From Bacillota bacterium (GTDB taxonomy: Bacteria > Bacillota > Sulfobacillia > JAMCWA01), in NCBI GenBank assembly GCA_023475165.1, contig JAMCWA010000088.1:130298-194297 (forward strand): DNA of 64,000 nt, in the 5' to 3' direction. The notes under the pieces are model-generated. The model was given only the letters and a program-made list of their open reading frames with translations, made no database searches and was not told the DNA's origin. Made by a program: the position numbers and the translations under genes. Positions within the stretch are counted from its first letter, which is position 1. The number at the start of each line of letters is the position of its first letter. Of this stretch, positions 48,850 through 59,088 are shown piece by piece.

Positions 48850-49776
48850 TCAAGGGCGCTCGGAACCGCGAAAAAGCCTCCTTTGGGCCTCTTCCAGACT
48901 CTGCCCTCGGGAAAGGAACCCGGCGTAGAGGTCACCCACCTGCCTCAGACGTTCTCCCAGGCTTTTCATGTTGAACCCGGCCGGTTGCAGGCCGGGTAAT
49001 TCCCGCCACGTGAAGGGGGTAGAGACGGGGGCGCCAGGTAACGGCCGCGGGACGTAAGCTCCGACAATGGTTTTTCCGCGGATGTTCTGCAGGTAGTCAA
49101 TATAGACCTTACCCCCTCTCCTTTTAACCGCCCGCTCCAGGGTGATGCGTTCCGGGAAGGCTTGACAAAGTAGGCTGGCCACTCTTTGGACAAAGCCCGC
49201 CACCTCTTTATAGGGATATCTGTTTTCCAAAGGAACATAGATATGTATCCCCGTGGCTCCCGAGGTCTTCGGCCAACCCTCCAAACCAGCCTCATCCAGG
49301 ACCGTTTTCACCAGTTGGGCTACGGCCCTGGCTTCTTCAAAACCGGCTGGTTCAGCCGGGTCTAGGTCAAAGACGGCAAAATCGGGGTAGTCCAAACTCC
49401 CCACCCGGGAAAACCAGGGGTGAATCTCGATACAGGCCTGGTTGGCCAGCCAGGCCAGGGCAGCCACCTCATCGACCAGGATGAATTCGACGACCCGTTC
49501 ACCGGACGGCGCTGAGTAAGGGAACTTTCTTATCCAGGGTGGGGTGTAGACCGGGGCATTCTTTTGATAAAAGGATTTCCCGTGGATTCCTTCCGGATAC
49601 CGGGTGAAGACCAGAGGGCGATCCCGCAAGAAGGGCAGGAGGTAAGGTGACATGTCCACGTAGTGTCTTACCAGATCAGCCTTGGTTAAGCCATCCTCCG
49701 GCCAAAGCACGCGTTCCGGGTTAGTCAGTTCCAACCGTCGTCCTTCTATGGAGACCGGGTAACGCTTTACCTTCAC
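48850..49776 (-). CDS. NHEJ LigD polymerase/primase domain protein (stand-alone)
   Basis: RYPEGI..FYQKN, FDLDP, KTSGATGIH, YIDYLQN, PVSTP. Confidence 0.92.
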   Translation of the reverse strand: MKVKRYPVSIEGRRLELTNPERVLWPEDGLTKADLVRHYVDMSPYLLPFLRDRPLVFTRYPEGIHGKSFYQKNAPVYTPPWIRKFPYSAPSGERVVEFILVDEVAALAWLANQACIEIHPWFSRVGSLDYPDFAVFDLDPAEPAGFEEARAVAQLVKTVLDEAGLEGWPKTSGATGIHIYVPLENRYPYKEVAGFVQRVASLLCQAFPERITLERAVKRRGGKVYIDYLQNIRGKTIVGAYVPRPLPGAPVSTPFTWRELPGLQPAGFNMKSLGERLRQVGDLYAGFLSRGQSLEEAQRRLFRGSERP

Positions 49777-49902
49777 GTCGTACCACCACATCGCAACAGT
49801 CAACCCTATTTCAAGGAGGTCTCACCTGGGACAAGCCAGCTGCCTACAAGGCGCCGCCCGGGCGTCGCCACTCTGCGGCTGTAACACCATGCCACCTAAC
49901 AT

Positions 49903-50844
49903 TTAAGAATTGGGTGATAACCTCCCACCGGTGTCCCAAGTAAAGAGACATTCCCTAGGGTCCTTATCCAGGCGCAGGGTGATGAAGCTGGGTTGCCGTA
50001 ACAGTCCCTCGCCGGTTACCTCCAGGTATTCCACCTCGCAAACCAATTCCGGTTCCGACCACCCTTCCACTTCCCGCCGCAGGCCGGGAGGAAATTGGCT
50101 TTGGAAGGGGGGCGTCGGGCGTGGGGTAAGTCTGGCCAGGATTTGCGCCGCCTCGGCCTCGGAAAACCCCGTCCCAGCCCGCCCTCTGTACAAGAACTTC
50201 TCGCCCAAGTAAGCGCCCAGGAGAAGACCGCCGATGCGCTTGCCTCTTCCCCTGGTATACCCACCGATGACACAATCCGCCCGTCGCCGGTGCTTGACCT
50301 TCAGCCAATCCGTTGTTCGCCGTCCAGGACGGTAGGGACTGGCGAGAGCCTTGGCCACTATCCCCTCCAGCCCAAGCTCCCGGGTGGCAGCATAAAGACC
50401 AGTACCATTCCCCGCCACGCTTTCTGACAGGAGCAACCTCCCACCGGGCCTGATGCCTTCGGCCAAGAGGCGTCGCCTTTCCCCCAGGGTAAGTTCCAGT
50501 AAGGCCCGGTCGCCCAGGTACAGTAGGTCAAAGGCCAAATAGAGAATCTCCCCCCGGCCAGCCTGGAGTTGAGCAAAAGACGGCCGTCCCTGAAAGAAGG
50601 CCACGATCTCACCGTCCAAAACGGCGGGCTCCCGGAAGCTTCGGTACAGATCGGACAGGACTGGGAACTTCCCCGAAATGTTACGCCCGCTCCGACTCTG
50701 CAGGACAGTCTTCCCTTCCAGATAGGCGATGGCCCGATAGCCGTCCCATTTCACCTCAAAGAGGTGGTTAGGAGAGTTGAAGGGGACCTCAACCTCCCAG
50801 GCCAACATGGGTCTTATTACTAAGTCCCGACCGCGATAGAGCAC
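49903..50844 (-). CDS. NHEJ ATP-dependent DNA ligase (LigD ligase domain, stand-alone)
   Basis: FEVKWDGYR, LDGEIV, FDLLY, EGIVAK, WLKVK, GTGF. Confidence 0.92.
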   Translation of the reverse strand: MLYRGRDLVIRPMLAWEVEVPFNSPNHLFEVKWDGYRAIAYLEGKTVLQSRSGRNISGKFPVLSDLYRSFREPAVLDGEIVAFFQGRPSFAQLQAGRGEILYLAFDLLYLGDRALLELTLGERRRLLAEGIRPGGRLLLSESVAGNGTGLYAATRELGLEGIVAKALASPYRPGRRTTDWLKVKHRRRADCVIGGYTRGRGKRIGGLLLGAYLGEKFLYRGRAGTGFSEAEAAQILARLTPRPTPPFQSQFPPGLRREVEGWSEPELVCEVEYLEVTGEGLLRQPSFITLRLDKDPRECLFTWDTGGRLSPNS

Positions 50845-51663
50845 TTAAGGAGGCCCCTGGTAGGAAGGGCCGGGTGGTTGAAGAGGGGATTGGCCCTGCT
50901 CCAGCAAAGCCAGACTGCTTCGCAACGCCTCCATCAGATCCCTGGTCGGAGGAATTTCCGTCGGTGCCACCACCAGTTCTTCTCCCTCTATTTTCTTTCG
51001 AACCGCCCCGAGCAGCGCCTCGCGATAGCGGTCATGATAGCGCTCCGGATCAAAGTCACCGGCCAGAGCCCCAATGAGCGTCCTGGCCATTGACACCTCC
51101 CGTTCCGTAGGGACCTCCCGTTCCGCGTCGATCTTTAACTCACCATAGGAACGGATTTCGTCGGGGAAATGTATGGTTACCATGGTCAAAACCCGGTTCT
51201 TGTAAACCCGCAGGGCGGCCAAAGACTCCCGATTTCTGAGGGCGACCCGGACCAGGGCAATACGCCCTGTTTCCAGCATGGCCTGCCGGAGAAGGTGGTA
51301 GGCCTTCTGCCCCCCTTCCGCCGGCTCCAGGAAATAGGACTTCTCAAAATAAATGGGGTCAATCTGCTCCAGGCTGACAAAATCCAGGATTTCGACGGTC
51401 CTGGCGGAGGCCACCGGTATGGCTTCCAGATCTTCTTCGCTAAAGATTACATAGCGGCCCTTTTCATACTCGTAACCACGGACAATCTCGTGACTAGCCA
51501 CCTCACGTCCGCAAGTCGGGCACCATTTCTTATATTGGATTGGTGTCTGACACTCTCTATGCAGATAGTGGAAGTGGACATCCTTCTCTTCCACCGCCCG
51601 GTAGAGGCGAACGGGGATGTGAACCAGCCCGAAGCTGATGGCACCCTTCCAAAGAGATCGCAA
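50845..51663 (-). CDS. ku: NHEJ DNA end-binding protein Ku
   Basis: WKGAISFGLVHIPVRLY, IDPIYFEKSY, DLMEALRSSL. Confidence 0.95.
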   Translation of the reverse strand: MRSLWKGAISFGLVHIPVRLYRAVEEKDVHFHYLHRECQTPIQYKKWCPTCGREVASHEIVRGYEYEKGRYVIFSEEDLEAIPVASARTVEILDFVSLEQIDPIYFEKSYFLEPAEGGQKAYHLLRQAMLETGRIALVRVALRNRESLAALRVYKNRVLTMVTIHFPDEIRSYGELKIDAEREVPTEREVSMARTLIGALAGDFDPERYHDRYREALLGAVRKKIEGEELVVAPTEIPPTRDLMEALRSSLALLEQGQSPLQPPGPSYQGPP

Positions 51664-51818
51664 TTCTCACCCGGTCTGCCCAACCCAACTGTTCCTGTCA
51701 AACAGCCGGCGGCCTCCCCCTGACCAGGTGTTCACTCCCTTCATCTGAACGATCGTCTGGGCCAAAGGTAGTGCTGGGGAGACCTGCCTCCGGAAACCCC
51801 AATAAGGCCCCGCTGCGC

Positions 51819-52970
51819 TCATCTTGTCAAGTACCTCGGCAAGAAGCGCCAGGCGGCCCTGACACTCTCCAACAGTCTCTTCAGGAAAAGACCCCAAAGC
51901 GGGGCGCGCTCGACGTCCTTTCCGGCCGCCAGGGTTACCTCACCGACTTTCTCCTGTCCTAACCAGAAAGATACCGTCCCGAGGGGAGCCCCCTTTTTTA
52001 CGGGAGCCCTGACCCCGGTTGGGAGATCTTCTTCCCTCCGCAGTTGCCCTTCCTCCCCTTCCTGTAAAGGCAGAAAAAGGCTCTTTTGATAAACTAGAGG
52101 CAGCCGATCTTCCCTGCCGCCCGAAAGGGGCAGCGTCCTGACCATGATCCCCCGACTGGCCACAGGCACCTTTTCCCAATAGGAAAAGCCGTACTCGAGG
52201 AGTTGAGCCGCTTCCCCAAAGGCCTGTTGACTGTTGAGCAGGACAGCACACAATTCCATCTCACGATTTGAGGCCGCAGCCACCAGGCAGGGACCCGAAG
52301 TTAGGCTGAACCCCGTCTTGACCCCCCGGGCGGCCGGATATTCCCACAGCAACCTGTTCCGGTTGTAAAACAGCCGGTTCACTTGACGGCCCGGACAGGG
52401 CACCTCCCAGGTCCTGGTCCCGACGATTTGACGGAAGTTCGGGTCCTTCCATGCCTCCCGGGTAATCAAGGCCAGGTCCCGGGCCGTGGAGTAATGGTCC
52501 TCTTGTGGCAGACCGTGGGGATTGGCAAAATGGCTGTTTTTGGCGCCCAGTTGCAAAGCCTTCTCATTCATGAGCCTGACAAATTCCTCCACCGAGCCGC
52601 CCACCTTCTCCGCCAAAGCCACGGCGGCATCATTGGCCGAGGGCAGAAGCAGGGCATAAAGAAGGTCGCGAACGGTGAGTTCCTCGCCTTCTTGCAACCA
52701 AGCCGACGATCCCGCGGTGGTGGCAGCTCGCCGGCTTACCTTCACCTTCTCCTCCATTCCCTCGTTCTCCAGGACCAGCAGGGCCGTCAGGATTTTGGTG
52801 GTACTCGCAGGTGGCCAGCGCAGGCTCCCTTCCTTTTCCCAAAGGAGCCGCCCACTGTCTAGTTCCATAAGAACAGCGGAACTTGAGCCGAGAGACGGTT
52901 GCGAGAAAACCGGAGTTGGCAAAAGGAAGGCGGCCAACAAAAGGAGGATGGGAGTCAGGCACCTGGTCAT
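51819..52970 (-). CDS. D-alanyl-D-alanine carboxypeptidase (S11, DacB-like)
   Basis: PASTTK, SAND, NPHGL, KTG; signal peptide. Confidence 0.9.
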   Translation of the reverse strand: MTRCLTPILLLLAAFLLPTPVFSQPSLGSSSAVLMELDSGRLLWEKEGSLRWPPASTTKILTALLVLENEGMEEKVKVSRRAATTAGSSAWLQEGEELTVRDLLYALLLPSANDAAVALAEKVGGSVEEFVRLMNEKALQLGAKNSHFANPHGLPQEDHYSTARDLALITREAWKDPNFRQIVGTRTWEVPCPGRQVNRLFYNRNRLLWEYPAARGVKTGFSLTSGPCLVAAASNREMELCAVLLNSQQAFGEAAQLLEYGFSYWEKVPVASRGIMVRTLPLSGGREDRLPLVYQKSLFLPLQEGEEGQLRREEDLPTGVRAPVKKGAPLGTVSFWLGQEKVGEVTLAAGKDVERAPLWGLFLKRLLESVRAAWRFLPRYLTR

Positions 52971-53005
52971 TGGAAAACCCCCGGGCGCAACCTAAAGGAC
53001 TACTC

Positions 53006-53488
53006 CTATCCGCGTATGATATTCTCGTCGGCAACGGCAGGAGTGGCCTTGTTCGTCATTTGAGTTTTAGACCCTGCATTGTTCTTGATCAGTCCTTGGA
53101 TTTGATTTAACACTTGAGGAGCCAGATCGATGAGCCGATCCACCACGGCTCCCCCGTCAACCGGGAGCAGCCGTACCGTTCCATTACCAACCACCAGGAA
53201 ACCCACCGGTTGCACGGTCACCCCGGCGCCACTACCTCCCCCAAAGGGGAGGGTCGTCTCACGCCCTCCGGGACTTGGAGCACCGCCCCTGGGCTCGTTG
53301 GTCGCTGTCGTTCCGGTTTCGTACTCGCCGCCTCCGGCGGCAAAACCAAATGTCACCCGGGAGACGGGAAGAATGACACTACCATCGGGCGTTTCCACCG
53401 CCTCGCCCACTACGGTATTAACGTCCACCATTTCCTTGATGCTCTCCATGGCCGTCTTCATTAAGCCTTGGATGGGATGCTCGTTCAC
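53006..53488 (-). CDS. ytfJ: Sporulation protein YtfJ/GerW
   Basis: HPIQGLMKTAMESIKEMVDVNTVVG, FGGGSGAGV...PVGFLVV. Confidence 0.92.
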   Translation of the reverse strand: MNEHPIQGLMKTAMESIKEMVDVNTVVGEAVETPDGSVILPVSRVTFGFAAGGGEYETGTTATNEPRGGAPSPGGRETTLPFGGGSGAGVTVQPVGFLVVGNGTVRLLPVDGGAVVDRLIDLAPQVLNQIQGLIKNNAGSKTQMTNKATPAVADENIIRG

Positions 53489-54155
53489 CAGTCAGAACCC
53501 CCTTTAGGAGCAATCGCCAAAAAAATACGCTTCCGGCGGTCATAATATAGCCCAGCCGGGTAACAAATATACAGGCGAAATCTGTGTCCAGGCGCGGTTG
53601 CAGGAAATCGGCGGAAAGGGTGATCCGGGGTGGCCTCCCCTTTATCCGAGCATGCTGGGTCATGAGGGCATAGGCCGAACCCTTCAAGGCCCACAGGAAA
53701 CCATAAAGTAATCCAGTGGCGGCGGCGTCTTCAGTGCCCACCGCCGACTGCCAGGTTAAGTTTCGGCACCAGGTTCTCCTGGCCAGGTAGCGGATGAGTC
53801 GGGCGTATTCGTGGCCAATCTTCTTCCCCAGCCGGAGGCCCCGGATTAGCTTACCCCAGTTTACCTTTTCCACGGTTACCGTCTTCAGCTCCTGGTCTTT
53901 ACCGACTCCGTCCTCCCGGAGGACCTCCTCCACCCGCCAGGTAGCACCCCAACCCTCGGCCCGCCAGATAGCCGGGACCTGGTACCGGTAGTCCACCAGC
54001 CCCTTGAGGGTCTCAATTTCCACTGAGAATTGCTCATCTTGCTCCTTCCTTTTAATCCTGATGGCGACGTTGAAAGGGACCAAGAAGCTGAGGAGCAAAA
54101 CGCCTACTAGTAGACCGCAAAACAGGCCTAGCGACAGAGAGATGGTCGTCATCAA
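53418..54155 (-). CDS. DUF2953 (YtfI-like) protein
   Basis: GTEDAAATGLLYG motif, N-terminal TM segment, upstream of ytfJ. Confidence 0.8.
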   Translation of the reverse strand: MMTTISLSLGLFCGLLVGVLLLSFLVPFNVAIRIKRKEQDEQFSVEIETLKGLVDYRYQVPAIWRAEGWGATWRVEEVLREDGVGKDQELKTVTVEKVNWGKLIRGLRLGKKIGHEYARLIRYLARRTWCRNLTWQSAVGTEDAAATGLLYGFLWALKGSAYALMTQHARIKGRPPRITLSADFLQPRLDTDFACIFVTRLGYIMTAGSVFFWRLLLKGVLTGERASHPRLNEDGHGEHQGNGGR

Positions 54156-54316
54156 CGGGTCCCCCCACCGTAAGCTCCACCCCAGTTTGTCATTCCCTTA
54201 TCCTTCCCGCCTAACCCGGTGGCCATACCCGGTGACAACAAAATAACCCACAAAAAAGGGACTTCGCAGGACGAAGCCCCTCGGGGTTCCCTAACCCTTC
54301 TGTTGTCCTTTCCTAG

Positions 54317-54552
54317 GAGACCGCCGAAAAACCCCCCTCTGCGGTGTGGCGCAATCTGCAAGAAAGAACCTTTTTATGAAAGGGGCCTTACCATTGCAGA
54401 TTGTCGCTCCGGCGGCTCCTCGCTCAACGTACCACCTGGTACGCCTCGCCTCGGAGCCTTGTCGCTCCTAGCATCTGGGCTGATTTGAGGTCTCGGCCTG
54501 GCGGTATCTCGGGTCGGTTTTACCATTCAAAACGCAATTCGACGGCCGTCTC
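54317..54552 (+). mobile_element. MITE family A, full one-cassette copy (236 bp)
   Basis: CTAG at 54313-54316 and 54553-54556; colinear with 30229-30460. Confidence 0.88.
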
Positions 54553-55116
54553 CTAGGGGACCTTTTCCGGCAAGGGAGGCAAGTCATCCCGCGAGCGCAA
54601 GCCGAAGTATCGCAGAAAATCCTCAGTGGTAGCATACAGAATGGGTCTCCCCGGCCCCTCTCGTCGACCGGCCTCCCGGACCAACTTCCTCTCCAGTAAC
54701 GTCGCCAGGGCCCGCTCGCTTCGGACCCCCCGGATGGCCTCGACTTCGGCCCGGGTAATGGGACCCCGGTAGGCAACAACAGCCAGCGTTTCCAGGGCGG
54801 CGTGAGAAAGCCCCGAGACTCCAGGCGGACCCAAAAGCTTTTCCACGTAAAGGGCCCAGCGCGGATCAGTCACCAATTGAAAACCGGAGGCCACGGCCTG
54901 AATCTCCAACCCGCCCTCCTTTGCTCGGTACTCTCTCTGCAGGGACTGCAGGAGTTCCCTGGCCTGGCCCTCGGTTATCTCCAGAATCTCGGCCGCCCTC
55001 TGCGGCGACAGGGGCGTCGGCGAGGCCAAAAGGAGGGCTTCCACTATCGCTTTCGCTTCATCAAAGGTCATCCTGTCACCTCGTGCCAGAGGGGTCGTGC
55101 CAGGTTTTTCCGCCAT
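54553..55116 (-). CDS. scpB: SMC-Scp complex subunit ScpB
   Basis: LSHAALETLAVVAY..PITRAEVEAIRGV, GRPILYATT..FL..FGL. Confidence 0.95.
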   Translation of the reverse strand: MAEKPGTTPLARGDRMTFDEAKAIVEALLLASPTPLSPQRAAEILEITEGQARELLQSLQREYRAKEGGLEIQAVASGFQLVTDPRWALYVEKLLGPPGVSGLSHAALETLAVVAYRGPITRAEVEAIRGVRSERALATLLERKLVREAGRREGPGRPILYATTEDFLRYFGLRSRDDLPPLPEKVP

Positions 55117-55819
55117 CTCCTAAGGAGAGATAAATCTCTCCGAAAGGCCGCTCCTGGCGTAGCAAGAGCTTTCTCTGCCGCAGGAGTTCCAGCACCGCCA
55201 GGAAGGTCAGGATGAGGTCAGGGCGGGAAGGGCGTGGGCCCAGTAACCGCCGGAAACTGATCCCTTCCGAATGGCGGGTGACGAACCAGAGAACCTCCCG
55301 CAGACGTTCTTGCAGAGATTTCTCCTCCAGTTCAATCTCCCGTACCGGCTCCTCGACCAGTGCTAAGAAGGCTCGGAAAAGATCGTCCACGGAGAGCCCC
55401 TCCGTCGGAAGGATGGGAATCGTGGGTGCCGTCTCGGGAAAACTACCTCGGGGATAGCGCAGGGCTTGCTGCCGTTCCAACTCCTGCAGGGAGGTCAAAA
55501 CCTCCTTGTACCTACGATATTCTAAAAGGCGTTCCACCAACTCCGCCCGCGGGTCCGCTTCCTCCTCCCCCTCGGGAGTCACAGCGACCCGGCGGGGGAA
55601 AAGGGCCCGCGTCTTGATCTCCATGAGGGTTGCGGCCATAACCAAGAACTCGCTGGCCAGGTCAATGTTAAACTCCCGCCAGGTAGTCAGGTAGTCCAGG
55701 TATTGTTGGCTGATCTCGGCGATGGGAATATCATAGATGTTGATGCGGTTCTTCTCGATCAAGTGAAGCAAGAGATCCAGCGGTCCCTCAAAGACCTCCA
55801 CCTTCACCGTGTAGCTCAC
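55076..55819 (-). CDS. scpA: Segregation/condensation protein ScpA
   Basis: FEGPLDLLLHLI, EFLVMAATL, FLAVLEL. Confidence 0.95.
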   Translation of the reverse strand: MSYTVKVEVFEGPLDLLLHLIEKNRINIYDIPIAEISQQYLDYLTTWREFNIDLASEFLVMAATLMEIKTRALFPRRVAVTPEGEEEADPRAELVERLLEYRRYKEVLTSLQELERQQALRYPRGSFPETAPTIPILPTEGLSVDDLFRAFLALVEEPVREIELEEKSLQERLREVLWFVTRHSEGISFRRLLGPRPSRPDLILTFLAVLELLRQRKLLLRQERPFGEIYLSLGDGGKTWHDPSGTR

Positions 55820-55868
55820 CCGCCAATACCTCCCAGAGCAGCCGGGTTTCTTGAAAGATGAAGCTTTT

Positions 55869-56855
55869 TCAGCGGTCTCCTATCTGCATGGCTGCCCGTA
55901 CCTCTTCCATAGTTCTGGCAGCCACCTCCCGGGCCTGGCTGTCTCCTTCCCGGATGATATCTTCCACCAGGTCGGGACGTTTCTCCAGTTCCTCCCGTTT
56001 GGCCCGGATCGGTTTCAAGAATTCATTCACATACCTGTTTAAATCCCTCTTGCACTGGACACAACCGATCATACCGGCCTGGCAATCAACTTCCAGTTGC
56101 TGCCAACCTGAGGGGTTAAGGAGCCGGTGGAAGGCAAAAACGTTACAAACGTCGGGATGTCCCGGATCATTTTTACGAATACGGGCTGGATCAGTAACCA
56201 TCAGTCCCACCTTCTCCTCGACCTCTGCCGGACTGGCGGCCAGCATGATGTGATTGCCATAACTCTTACTCATCTTGCGCCCGTCGATTCCCGGCAAGAC
56301 GGCCGCTTTGCCCAGGCGCCCCTGGGGCTCTGGGAGAACGTCCCCGTAGAAATGGTTGAAGCGCCGGGCTATCTCCCGGGTCAACTCTATGTGCGGCATC
56401 TGATCCTCACCCACCGGTACCACATCGGCCTTGTAAATGAGGATGTCGGCAGCCTGCAGAACGGGATAACCCAAAAAGCCATAGGTACTGATCTCGCGCC
56501 CCTCCAATTCCCGCAACTGCTCCTTGTAGGTGGGGACCCTCTCCAGCCAGGAGAGAGGGGTGACCATGGACAAAAGGAGGTGCAGTTCTGCATGCTCCTT
56601 GACGTGCGACTGGACAAAGATCACACTCTTTTCCGGATCCAACCCCGCACTGACCCAATCAATGACCATCTCACGAGTATTGGCCTTAAGTTCCCCAGTA
56701 TCCTCATAGCCGGTGGTCAAAGCATGCCAGTCCACCACCGCGAAATAGCACTCAAACTCGTCCTGGAGACGGACCCAGTTCTCCAGGGCCCCGAAGTAAT
56801 TACCCAGATGCAACCGTCCCGTCGGGCGCATACCGCTCAGAATACGTTTCCTCAT
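55869..56855 (-). CDS. trpS: Tryptophan--tRNA ligase
   Basis: SGMRPTGRLHLGNY, YPVLQAAD, VGEDQ, KMSKS. Confidence 0.96.
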   Translation of the reverse strand: MRKRILSGMRPTGRLHLGNYFGALENWVRLQDEFECYFAVVDWHALTTGYEDTGELKANTREMVIDWVSAGLDPEKSVIFVQSHVKEHAELHLLLSMVTPLSWLERVPTYKEQLRELEGREISTYGFLGYPVLQAADILIYKADVVPVGEDQMPHIELTREIARRFNHFYGDVLPEPQGRLGKAAVLPGIDGRKMSKSYGNHIMLAASPAEVEEKVGLMVTDPARIRKNDPGHPDVCNVFAFHRLLNPSGWQQLEVDCQAGMIGCVQCKRDLNRYVNEFLKPIRAKREELEKRPDLVEDIIREGDSQAREVAARTMEEVRAAMQIGDR

Positions 56856-56980
56856 TGAGATGACTCCTTTCGCCACAAAGGCACTTCGGCGTACTGCCTC
56901 CCGGGCCAACCGCCTTTACCGGGCAATATCGGCAGGAAGGGCTGACACTAGTTTTAACTCTCCCGTATCTCCTGGCTCCG

Positions 56981-57631
56981 CTAGTGGACCCCGGTAATCA
57001 GACTGGCAGTGGTGATCAAGAACTCCACAATACCGTTAGTCATCGGTCCAATGATCCTCCCAATGATGTTTGTGACCAGCAAGAACATGAGAATAATCGG
57101 TCCATAAGCTTCCAGTTGTTCAAAAATGACCTGTTGTCCCTCCGGAAGAATGGCCGACAGGACCTTGGAGCCGTCCAGGGGGGGCAGGGGCAAGAGATTG
57201 AAAACCGCTAGAGCCACGTTAATGAAAAAGGCCGATTGCAGCAACCGGTAAAGGATGGAACCCGTCCCCGGGCCAAACCAGCCCCAGCCCAGAACCAACG
57301 GGAAGGCCAGTAACAAGCCCAGGACCAGGTTCATCAACGGGCCGGCCAGGGAGACCAAAAGCAAACCCCAGCGCGGATTTTCGTAGTTATAGGGATCAAT
57401 GGGGACCGGTTTTGCCCAGCCAAACCCAAAGAAGATGAGCATCAAGGTCCCAATGAGATCCAGGTGAGCCCAGGGCTCCAGGGTTAACCGGCCGGCCAGT
57501 CGCGGCGTCCGGTCACCCAGCCAGTCCGAAACCGTGGCATGAGCAAACTCATGGAAACTCAGAGCCAGGATGATTCCAGGGAGAGAAGTGATGATATCGT
57601 AAATCCCCGTCAAACCGACCATCCTTTCCAA
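56981..57631 (-). CDS. Site-2 protease (M50) family protein
   Basis: HEFAH, GWAKPVP, LAGP, NLLPLPPLDG. Confidence 0.92.
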   Translation of the reverse strand: MERMVGLTGIYDIITSLPGIILALSFHEFAHATVSDWLGDRTPRLAGRLTLEPWAHLDLIGTLMLIFFGFGWAKPVPIDPYNYENPRWGLLLVSLAGPLMNLVLGLLLAFPLVLGWGWFGPGTGSILYRLLQSAFFINVALAVFNLLPLPPLDGSKVLSAILPEGQQVIFEQLEAYGPIILMFLLVTNIIGRIIGPMTNGIVEFLITTASLITGVH

Positions 57632-57741
57632 GGCGTTCTTTCCCCGTCATTATAGCATAACCCTTTCGGGGGAAAAAGGAAAACCACCACAAAAGGCGGT
57701 TTTCGCAGAATGCAGCCCGTACACGATCCAGCGATTCTCAT

Positions 57742-59088
57742 TTACGAACCAGTGGCCACCAGATAACCCTCTCCCCTGGCCCGCAGCCTTTCCGGCATGA
57801 TATCATGAGCCACCAAATCGGCATAGGTTTCCCGGCGCACAATAAGGTCGGCCTGACCACTGTGCACCAAGACCACCGCCGGACGACCAAAACGGTTGTA
57901 GTTGCTGGCCATGGAATAGTGATAGGCGCCCGTGGAAAAGACAGCCAGAAGATCGCCCGGGGTGACCCTGGGTAAGGGGGCGTCCCAAAGGAGCATATCC
58001 CCCGACTCACAAAACCGCCCAGCAATGGAGACCACGTGCTCCAAGGGGGCGTCGGCCCGGTTGGCCACTATCGCTTCATATTTCGCGCCATAGAGGGCGA
58101 CCCGGGGATTATCAGCCATACCGCCGTCCACGGCCACGTAGGTTCGCACCCCGGGGATCTCCTTGATGGAACCGATGCGGTAAAGGGTGAGGCCGGCATC
58201 CCCGATGATGGAACGGCCCGGCTCCAGGATTAGCCTCGGCGCCTCCAGACCCAGCTCACGGACCTTCCGCACGACGGTTTCGACCACGTCCTTCAGAAAG
58301 ACAGCTACCAGAGGTGGATCATCCTGGGAAAGATAGCGGATCCCCAAGCCACCACCCAGATCCAGTTCCTTCACCGCCAGCCCCAGCTCTCGCTTCACCC
58401 GGGCCACAAAATTCAGTAATACTTCCGCCGCCAACTGGTAGGGGGCCGCTTCAAAGACTTGGGAACCGATATGGCTATGGAACCCCAACAGTCTTATGTT
58501 TCTTAGACTCATGGCCAGGCGGACCGCCGAAAAAGCTTGGTCCCCGACCAAACCAATGCCGAACTTGGAATCAACCTGACCGGTTTGAATGTACTCGTGG
58601 GTATGGGCTTCGACCCCGGGGGTCAGCCGCAAGAGGATGCTGGCCTTCTTCCCCTGGCGAGCAGCCAGAGCATTTAGAAGCTCCAGTTCATAGAGGTTGT
58701 CGACCACGATGCGCCCGACCCCGGATTCCAGGGCCAGGTTGAGCTCCTCTTCCGACTTATTGTTGCCGTGAAAGAAGATTTTCTCCGGCGGAAAATCGGC
58801 CCTCAGGGCGGTGTAAAGTTCCCCGCCCGAGACCACATCCAGCCCCAAACCCTCTTCATCCATCAATCGACACATTGCTGTAGTCAAGAAGGCCTTTCCA
58901 GCGTAAAGGACGAGGCTGTTGGGATAGGCTCGGACCAAGGTCTCCTGATAAGCCCGCGCCTTGCGGCGGATAGTGGCCTCATCCATGACATAAAGCGGTG
59001 TCCCGAAGATCTGGGCCAAATCGACGGCATCACAACCCCCGATCTCCAGGTGGCCGGCATTGATCTTAATGGTCTCGTTGTAAGGCAA
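57742..59088 (-). CDS. lysA: Diaminopimelate decarboxylase
   Basis: GTPLYVMD, YAGKAF, HIGSQ, LGGG, EPGRS, CESGD, GAY; TTG start after GGAGG. Confidence 0.95.
   Translation of the reverse strand: MPYNETIKINAGHLEIGGCDAVDLAQIFGTPLYVMDEATIRRKARAYQETLVRAYPNSLVLYAGKAFLTTAMCRLMDEEGLGLDVVSGGELYTALRADFPPEKIFFHGNNKSEEELNLALESGVGRIVVDNLYELELLNALAARQGKKASILLRLTPGVEAHTHEYIQTGQVDSKFGIGLVGDQAFSAVRLAMSLRNIRLLGFHSHIGSQVFEAAPYQLAAEVLLNFVARVKRELGLAVKELDLGGGLGIRYLSQDDPPLVAVFLKDVVETVVRKVRELGLEAPRLILEPGRSIIGDAGLTLYRIGSIKEIPGVRTYVAVDGGMADNPRVALYGAKYEAIVANRADAPLEHVVSIAGRFCESGDMLLWDAPLPRVTPGDLLAVFSTGAYHYSMASNYNRFGRPAVVLVHSGQADLIVRRETYADLVAHDIMPERLRARGEGYLVATGS

Noticed and set aside
56856-56980. T-box leader upstream of trpS
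   Set aside because: The gap is only ~125 bp and has no T-box consensus or terminator.
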